A stretch of 11,851 nucleotides of DNA. Origin: Chlamydiae bacterium RIFCSPHIGHO2_12_FULL_49_11. GTDB lineage: Bacteria; Chlamydiota; Chlamydiia; Chlamydiales; 2-12-FULL-49-11. Position 1 is the stretch's first letter. Each line of letters begins with the position of its first letter. Position numbers and translations under genes: made by a program. Below the pieces are notes generated by a model. That model had not been told where the DNA came from. It worked only from the letters and a program-made list of their open reading frames with translations, and did not search any database. Where the stretch lies: the NCBI GenBank assembly GCA_001794905.1, contig MGLW01000064.1, positions 1 through 11,851 of the forward strand, read 5' to 3'. This document shows positions 6,058 through 11,851 of the stretch, one piece after another.

Positions 6058-8597
6058 GACTCATGTTCTCGAAAAAGGAAAATTTCGATCGGCCCGGAAA
6101 ATCCTTTCAGAGAAACCGACCCTTTTGATTCAAGTGGCAGCCCGAGCTCTTTGCACGCTTCGACCATGGGGTCTACGAGGAGGATTTCCATCGGTCCCGC
6201 TTCGCGGCACAGGCGTGATGCAAGGTTCACATTGTTACCTAAAACGGTGTAGTTCAGCCTCTTTTCCGAGCCGATATTTCCGGCAACAACTTGCCCTACT
6301 TGGATGCCGATTCCGATTTCAAGTGTGCATTCCCCCCGCCGCCGCCGATCGTCATTCCACTCTTTCAAACGGGAAAGCATTTCAAGGGCGCATTCCATCC
6401 CTTTTCTCCCGGGATTATCACACCCGACGGGAGCGCCGAAAAGAGCCATGATTTCGTCGCCCATATATTTGTCGATAATCCCTTCATGCCGATCCACCAC
6501 ATCGGAAAGAAGCGAGAGCACCTGGTTGAGTAAAGAAAGGAGATGGTGGGGCTCCATCTTTTCGGCAAGGTGGGTAAACCCGCGAATATCGGCAAATAGA
6601 ATCGAGACGTTCTTGAGTTCTCCGCCGACTTTGACCCCGTCCCGTAAAATCGTGTCGGCCACTTTTTGGGGTATGATTTTATTCAAGATGGCATGCACCT
6701 TCTCCGAATTTTTCATTTCCTCTACCATGGAAGAAAAACCGGTGCACAATTCTTTCACTTCAAGAGAGCCGTACCGGTTTGTCGGAAGCGCGATTTCATC
6801 CCACTTTCCTCGAGAGACCGATTTTGTAGCGCGGACCAAAGCAAAGAGCGGTTTGATGATGTGGCGCATGATCGAATCGAGAACAATCATCGCGATGATA
6901 AAAATTGTACTGATGAGAAGGGCAAGTCTCACCGATCCGCGAGCAAGAAGAGCGTGAATGCGGAGGTCAAAATCTTGAAGAATGGCAAAGAGGTTCGATC
7001 CGGGGGACATCAAGTATAACCGGGTTCTGCCCCCGTTAAAAGTATTTATTTCAACAAGATTATAACCTCCCGGGAGTCGCTTTTGCAACAAAAGGCTCTT
7101 GCCGCTTTTCACTGCCTGGAAGGAAGCGGGGTCAAATGAGTCTTTGGATAACAGTTCTCCGTTCGATGCCACAATAAAAGAGTAGCCGCTTTCATCGATT
7201 AGAAAAAGACCTTTTCCAATCCCGAGAGCCAGTTCTTGAAACATCAGGGAAATATTACTTCCCACCGTCATTTCGATATTTCCCTTAAAACCTGTAGCGG
7301 TGTCCTCATAGTCGAGCAGCATTGTCTTTGTGGCGTATAGGCCGTTAAGCCCTTCCATGCCATGGATTTCTATTTGCGCGCCGCTGCAGGAATTCACACC
7401 GGTTTTGAGCGGTTTGATCTGGCAACTTGTATGTGTTGTGATCGGACGGGAAAAGAAGGTATGCGAAGCCATTGTTCCAACTCCCATAAAAGAGGTTTTA
7501 TTTTTCAGCTGGCTTTCTGAAGCTACGTTAAAATAAGCAAGCCCTTGAGGTGCGTCTGGAGAAAGGGGATTAAAATTCCATATTCCGGTCGTCACCGTAT
7601 AGCCCAGTTCCCATTGGAATTCGATCGAAAGACGTCTCCGCTGCCAGATATTTATCTCGCCGGCTCCCGCTCTTTCCTGATATAGAGAAGTGTCTTCATT
7701 TGAATTGCAGAGATAACTCAAGCAATTGGCGCCGATGTTGTCATGGGCGGATAGGGTTGAATGCAAGCGGAGGTTTTCGGCGATCCATGCTTTTTTGGTT
7801 TCCGGATTTTGGAGAGTTTGAATGAGTTCTTTTTCTCCGGAAAAAGCGTTGCGGATCAGTTGAATGACTCCGATCAGTTCCTTTTCTAAATCTTGAAATA
7901 CGGTGTTACTGTTGATCGCCGTAATCGGCTCGAGTGGAGTGGTTGGAATCAGGATTTCACGGATGATGAGTTTTTCATCATGCGCCCCAAGAAGGTGTTC
8001 TGGAGAAAAAAGAAGCCAGTAATCTTTATCGCGGCTCCAATAAAACAAAGGGTGGGGAGTGTCAATTTTAAGTCGCTGAATTTCTTTATTTGACCAGTAA
8101 GGAACGCCGATATACACATCAAGCTCATGGTTTTCATTCTGAGTGATGAAACAGGAAACGACCGGATTGATGATGACGCGCAAGATATTTTGTGTATAGG
8201 GTGGCTGGGCGATGATGAGAGAGGTGAGTTTATCATTGATTTTGGTTTGGACTAGGTCAATCCAGGGGAAATTTTCCAGAACGATCGATGAGTCAGACCA
8301 AAGAGACGTATCATAAGAGAGTTTGGTAGGGATGAACCGGTCAAGCCACCAGTCTTGGTCGCGGATTTGATCGAATAGGGCTTCCATATGGCCCGCGAGG
8401 CGATAGAGCTGAACAGAAACATAATCGGCAACGTTTTTTTCACTTCTTTTTTCCAAGAGAACCAGTTGATGTATTCCCTGGCGGTGCGCCGATTCGATAT
8501 TTTTCTCAGCAAGGAAGTTGGTGAGAAAAAAAAGGAGGCCAAGAATCAGAATCAGAAAGAAACCGGTCCAGGTAAATATCTTCGTTCGAAGCCGCAT
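6054..8597 (-). CDS. Membrane-bound class III (IIIb) adenylyl cyclase: TM - large extracytoplasmic domain - TM - HAMP - catalytic domain
   Basis: LFADIRGFT, DKYMGDEIMALFGAP, IGIGI..GQVVAGNIGS, NYTVLGNNVNLASRL. Catalytic hexad intact (D670, D714, K710, T784, N791, R795 by my count). HAMP begins at IIKPLFAL. Confidence 0.92.
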   Translation of the reverse strand: MRLRTKIFTWTGFFLILILGLLFFLTNFLAEKNIESAHRQGIHQLVLLEKRSEKNVADYVSVQLYRLAGHMEALFDQIRDQDWWLDRFIPTKLSYDTSLWSDSSIVLENFPWIDLVQTKINDKLTSLIIAQPPYTQNILRVIINPVVSCFITQNENHELDVYIGVPYWSNKEIQRLKIDTPHPLFYWSRDKDYWLLFSPEHLLGAHDEKLIIREILIPTTPLEPITAINSNTVFQDLEKELIGVIQLIRNAFSGEKELIQTLQNPETKKAWIAENLRLHSTLSAHDNIGANCLSYLCNSNEDTSLYQERAGAGEINIWQRRRLSIEFQWELGYTVTTGIWNFNPLSPDAPQGLAYFNVASESQLKNKTSFMGVGTMASHTFFSRPITTHTSCQIKPLKTGVNSCSGAQIEIHGMEGLNGLYATKTMLLDYEDTATGFKGNIEMTVGSNISLMFQELALGIGKGLFLIDESGYSFIVASNGELLSKDSFDPASFQAVKSGKSLLLQKRLPGGYNLVEINTFNGGRTRLYLMSPGSNLFAILQDFDLRIHALLARGSVRLALLISTIFIIAMIVLDSIMRHIIKPLFALVRATKSVSRGKWDEIALPTNRYGSLEVKELCTGFSSMVEEMKNSEKVHAILNKIIPQKVADTILRDGVKVGGELKNVSILFADIRGFTHLAEKMEPHHLLSLLNQVLSLLSDVVDRHEGIIDKYMGDEIMALFGAPVGCDNPGRKGMECALEMLSRLKEWNDDRRRRGECTLEIGIGIQVGQVVAGNIGSEKRLNYTVLGNNVNLASRLCREAGPMEILLVDPMVEACKELGLPLESKGSVSLKGFSGPIEIFLFREHES

Positions 8598-8623
8598 ACT
8601 TTTCCTTTAAAGGAAGGAGGTTA

Positions 8624-9187
8624 TTAATGTAAATCGTGAATTTCTACGGAGCCTGTGGTGAGATAATAATAGGCGCTATGAATGCCGAGGCTGCCGGTTG
8701 CAATTTTTTCGGAATAGGAAGGCAATTCCGTGAGGTAGTGGGCCATGTTGTCCGCATTTTTTCGGATCGCCTCTTCCAGATTGGGGTTTTGCATTTGGGA
8801 AATAACGGGACGAATGAGGGCTGTGATGTTGGGAATATCGCCGTTCCTATTTTCCAGCACTGCATTTACGGCGCCGCAGTTTTCATGTCCCATCACGAGA
8901 ATGATGCTTGCTCCGAGGATGGAGACGGCAAACCGGATGCTTTCTTCCTGGAGGGGACCGATCACGTTACCGGCGACGCGGACGACGAAAAGATCGCCCA
9001 CATCCTGGTCGAATAAAGTTTCGGGAGACACGCGGGAATCGCTGCAGCAGACGATGACGGCAAACGGGTTTTGCCGGGAAACAAGGGATTCGCGACGGAC
9101 GTGGTCACGATTTGGGTGGGCGAGTCTGTCGTGTACATATCGGTCATTCCCGGCAAGGAGTTTTGCTAAAGCTTTTTTACAATCCAA
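8624..9187 (-). CDS. Beta-class carbonic anhydrase
   Basis: Zn ligands and catalytic dyad in CSDSR and GHENCGAV; also QNPFA, GDLFVVRVAGN and L..GN.RY. TTG start with GGGGGA SD. Confidence 0.93.
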   Translation of the reverse strand: MDCKKALAKLLAGNDRYVHDRLAHPNRDHVRRESLVSRQNPFAVIVCCSDSRVSPETLFDQDVGDLFVVRVAGNVIGPLQEESIRFAVSILGASIILVMGHENCGAVNAVLENRNGDIPNITALIRPVISQMQNPNLEEAIRKNADNMAHYLTELPSYSEKIATGSLGIHSAYYYLTTGSVEIHDLH

Positions 9188-9196
9188 AAGATTTGT

Positions 9197-9213
9197 CCCC
9201 CGGAACCCGGGGG
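9197..9213. other. GC-rich hairpin (weak terminator or SD-sequestering stem)
   Basis: CCCCCGG-AAC-CCGGGGG, a perfect 7-bp stem between the Q/N-rich gene and the carbonic anhydrase gene; no adjacent U-tract. Confidence 0.6.
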
Positions 9214-9242
9214 GCCATTGTACTATTTTTTATGTTTTTCGA

Positions 9243-9626
9243 CTATGCCGCTTTTTTGCCTTTTCCTTGGCGATTGTTTCGTTGATTTTGTTGATTGCGA
9301 TTTTGCGTAGGTTGTTGAGTGCGAGGCTGAACGTTCCTGTTTTGGTTTTGAGACGGATTCTGGTTTTGATTCCGATTTTGCTGTTGAGTGGATTGGTAGT
9401 TTTGCCCTCTTGCATTTATTTCTTCCGAGTCAAGCCATTGATTGATTTGGCTGGAAAAGTTCGACGGCAAATTTTGCGTCGAAGGAAACTCTTCGCAAGC
9501 TCTATTGTAGAGTTGTTCCGCAAGCTCGGCTTTTCGAGAAGTCCATTCTCCGGGACGTCCGCCCTTTGCAGAATTAAGAAGTTGGTTTCTAATTTGTTGT
9601 CTGATGTTTTGATTGTTGTTGGCCAT
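9243..9626 (-). CDS. Small Gln/Asn-rich low-complexity hypothetical protein
   Basis: 127-aa ORF with ATG start, SD AAGGGAG (9640-9634) and upstream TTGAAT-N16-TACTAT (9680-9653). Fits the intergenic space. Confidence 0.75.
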   Translation of the reverse strand: MANNNQNIRQQIRNQLLNSAKGGRPGEWTSRKAELAEQLYNRACEEFPSTQNLPSNFSSQINQWLDSEEINARGQNYQSTQQQNRNQNQNPSQNQNRNVQPRTQQPTQNRNQQNQRNNRQGKGKKAA

Positions 9627-9715
9627 AATTATGCTCCCTTTTTGTAATCTTAATAGTAAACACGTCGAAATTTAATTCAAGAACGAATTTTTTTGTCTTG
9701 ATTTTTTGAGGTTTG

Positions 9716-9724
9716 TGGTACGAT
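9716..9724 (+). promoter_or_regulatory. Putative extended -10 promoter for the MFS gene
   Basis: TG-G-TACGAT ending 7 nt before ATG 9732. Confidence 0.45.
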
Positions 9725-9731
9725 ATCCATC

Positions 9732-10898
9732 ATGAAACGGATTGGATTGTATGCTTTTATTGTAGCGGTAGGGGGTCTGCTTTCCAGTTACCATTTCAGT
9801 GTCATTTCCGGGATTCTTCTGTTTCTGGACAGTTCGTATCTTGCAGCAGCTTATGCTAGAGAGTGGATTGTGAGCTCTCTTCTTTTGGGAAGTATTGCCG
9901 GCGCCGCTTTTGCGGGAAAGCTCGGGGATCGGTTCGGGCGGAAAAAAGCGCTCCTTTTCTTTGCCGCCCTTTTGATCCTAGGCGGAGTTATCCTACTCTT
10001 TGCAAGGAATATGGGCGAGCTTGTCATCGGAAGGATCTTGGCGGGAATTTCGATCGGCGGTTTTTCGGTGGTGATTCCTCTCTACCTTGCCGAAATTTCC
10101 CCTTCCAAGAGGCGAGGGACTTACGTCAGCTTTTATCAATTTTCTATCACTGTGGGTGTTCTTTTTGCCTATTTCGTCAATTGGATGCTGGCCGATACGG
10201 GTGCGTGGCGGCTTGCGCTCCTGATTCCGTTCGGGATTTCGATCTCGCTTTTTCTGGCCCTCTTTTTTATTCCCGATAGCAGTGTAAAGTGCGATAAGGA
10301 AGAAACTTCTCTTTTTACCCGAAAAAATGCCTTTTTGCTCTTTACCGGCATTCTCCTAAGCGCTGCAGTCCAACTCTGTGGGATCAACGCCATCATTTAC
10401 TATGGCCCCTCGGTTTTCCAAGAATATGGCTCGTTTAGCAAAGCCTCGCTCTTACTTATCTCATTGGGAATCGGAATCTTGAACCTTGTTGCGACACTCC
10501 TTGCCATGCTTCTGATAGATCGCTACGGGCGAAGGTCGCTCTTACTGTCGGGGCTGAGTGTGATCGCGCTTTCGTTATTTTTATTAAAGTATCTTCCCTG
10601 CCCCTTTTGCATTCCGCTCATTTTTCTGTACATAGCTGCGTTTGCCGTGAGCCTGGGAGTAGTGGTCTGGGTAGTTCTTTCCGAAATATATCCCGCGGCG
10701 ATCCGGGCAAGGGCGATGTCTCTTGCCACGATCGTGAACTGGGGCTGCAACTTTCTCGTGGCGCTGACCTTCCCCGGTCTCAGCCGTGCAATCGGAACCG
10801 GTTGGGTTTTTGTCCTCTACGGCATCTTTGCAGTGTGCACTTGGCTTTTCGTCTACTTTTTTGTTCCCGAAACAAAAGGCAAACCTCTCCCTTCGTAA
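9732..10898 (+). CDS. Sugar porter family MFS transporter
   Basis: About 12 hydrophobic segments; GDRFGRK, YLAEISPSKRRG, QLCGINAIIYY, DRYGRR, SEIYPAAIR, VPETKG. Confidence 0.92.
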   Translation: MKRIGLYAFIVAVGGLLSSYHFSVISGILLFLDSSYLAAAYAREWIVSSLLLGSIAGAAFAGKLGDRFGRKKALLFFAALLILGGVILLFARNMGELVIGRILAGISIGGFSVVIPLYLAEISPSKRRGTYVSFYQFSITVGVLFAYFVNWMLADTGAWRLALLIPFGISISLFLALFFIPDSSVKCDKEETSLFTRKNAFLLFTGILLSAAVQLCGINAIIYYGPSVFQEYGSFSKASLLLISLGIGILNLVATLLAMLLIDRYGRRSLLLSGLSVIALSLFLLKYLPCPFCIPLIFLYIAAFAVSLGVVVWVVLSEIYPAAIRARAMSLATIVNWGCNFLVALTFPGLSRAIGTGWVFVLYGIFAVCTWLFVYFFVPETKGKPLPS

Positions 10899-10901
10899 AT
10901 A

Positions 10902-11111
10902 TCAGGCTGCTTTTGATTTAACGACGAAGCTCACGCGTGTGTCGATACGATATTTTACGATCCTGTTGTTTTCTACCACAGCGTAAACATGGTCTACATC
11001 GATCTGGCGAATGTTTTGCACAGTCTTACTCGCTTCACGGAGTGCGTTTTCCATCGCTTCTTCCATAGAACCACCCTCGGAAATCACTTCAATGACTTTT
11101 GCAATTGACAT
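10902..11111 (-). CDS. Dodecin family protein
   Basis: 69 aa; KVIEVI...S.EEA..NAL.EASKTV.NIR...YRI...VSF pattern typical of dodecins; SD AAGGAG upstream. Confidence 0.85.
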   Translation of the reverse strand: MSIAKVIEVISEGGSMEEAMENALREASKTVQNIRQIDVDHVYAVVENNRIVKYRIDTRVSFVVKSKAA

Positions 11112-11192
11112 AGGCTTTTCTCCTTGTTTTGTGATCTTGACATTATGATAAAAGGCAAAAGATGCAAGAAGAATAACATCGATCCCAACAAA

Positions 11193-11851
11193 CTAGTTGG
11201 GGATGATCAAAATGGCGTCAGAGACGGGGCGAGGTCCCTTCTTCTTGGTGTCGATTTTCCATCCTCGGGGGCGGTTTTTTACCTCTCCCTCAAAGACTAA
11301 TGTGGAGCTTCCGCCACCGTCGAGGTTCAGAGCTTCGATGCATCCCGCTTTTATCATAAATGTCCGGAGTTCAGGGATGGTCATCCCATCCAGGATGGTG
11401 AGCTTATCGACGACGACAAAGAGGAAATGGCCGTTCGGAAGAATCCCTATTGCGGTTCGGGCGTGCCGTCCGTGGAGAAACTGGGGCCGGGCCTTTTCGA
11501 CATCAAAATCGCGGATCGGACTGCCGTGCCGGATGAGAAGCGGTACCCCGCTTACTATATAATCACACGCGTGCCATCTTTCCGTATCTTCTTTCTCAAG
11601 CTGCGGTTCAACGACGGTGTGAAATGTGACAGTCTCTCCAAGGCAAAACGTGTCATATAGGGGATTTTTATTCCCGATCGAGAGGACCACCCCGTCCGAG
11701 GGAATCGGAGAGCTCCCCCCTTTCCTGATTTCGGTAATTCGGTTTTTCCGGATCACAACCTCTTCACCGCAAGGCAAGGTAAGGGTAGTCCGGTGAAAGG
11801 CGGGGGTAAAAAGAACGACTTCATGATCGGCCCTGGTTCGGTTCAGACCAT
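11193..11851 (-). CDS. Phosphodiester glycosidase (NAGPA/DUF2233) family protein, 5'-truncated by the window edge
   Basis: RHARTAIG, ALNLDGGGSSTL, RPVSDAIL. The frame stays open from 11777 to the window end (GLNRTRADHEVVLFTPAFHRTTLT), so the true start is outside the window. Confidence 0.9.
   Translation of the reverse strand, partial: GLNRTRADHEVVLFTPAFHRTTLTLPCGEEVVIRKNRITEIRKGGSSPIPSDGVVLSIGNKNPLYDTFCLGETVTFHTVVEPQLEKEDTERWHACDYIVSGVPLLIRHGSPIRDFDVEKARPQFLHGRHARTAIGILPNGHFLFVVVDKLTILDGMTIPELRTFMIKAGCIEALNLDGGGSSTLVFEGEVKNRPRGWKIDTKKKGPRPVSDAILIIPN

Noticed and set aside
6304-6957. 217-aa plus-strand ORF and other nested ORFs within the cyclase, sulfatase, phoH and MFS genes
   Set aside because: Antisense or alternate-frame shadows of genes with clear family motifs.
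8615-8632. Plus-strand AGGAGG-N6-ATG-TAA start-stop minigene
   Set aside because: Antisense to the operon with no evident promoter; more simply the complement of the intergenic pyrimidine tract.
8745-9647. 300-aa plus-strand ORF with a hydrophobic stretch
   Set aside because: Antisense shadow of the CA and Q/N genes. The Leu/Ile/Val run is just the reverse complement of Gln/Asn codons, and there are no family motifs.
11140-11167. Promoter for the dodecin gene (TTGCAT ... CATAAT)
   Set aside because: Spacing to the best -10 is 14 nt and alternative -10 boxes are weak, so it was not called.

Overview
Gene-dense bacterial chromosomal window, most likely from an environmental member of the Chlamydiota. 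The basis is my recollection that the left end matches the C. trachomatis CT017-CT016 / CT015(phoH) arrangement; no search was run. Left to right: the 5' part of a secreted CT017/Ctad1-like gene (-); a CT016-like Cys/His zinc-finger protein (-); a divergent intergenic region with a near-perfect HrcA operator (CIRCE); a PIN-PhoH ATPase (+); a membrane-anchored LRR protein (-); a secreted hypothetical protein (+); a tightly linked minus-strand cluster, in transcription order beta-carbonic anhydrase > membrane class IIIb adenylyl cyclase > YejM/LtaS-like sulfatase-fold membrane protein; a small Q/N-rich low-complexity protein (-); a compact sugar-porter MFS transporter (+, possibly leaderless); a dodecin-family protein (-); and the 3' part of a phosphodiester glycosidase (NAGPA) gene (-). 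No rRNA, tRNA, CRISPR or mobile element was seen. The best candidate for an undescribed system is the carbonic anhydrase + Thr-type (bicarbonate-responsive subclass) adenylyl cyclase + envelope hydrolase operon, a possible CO2/HCO3- sensing module.
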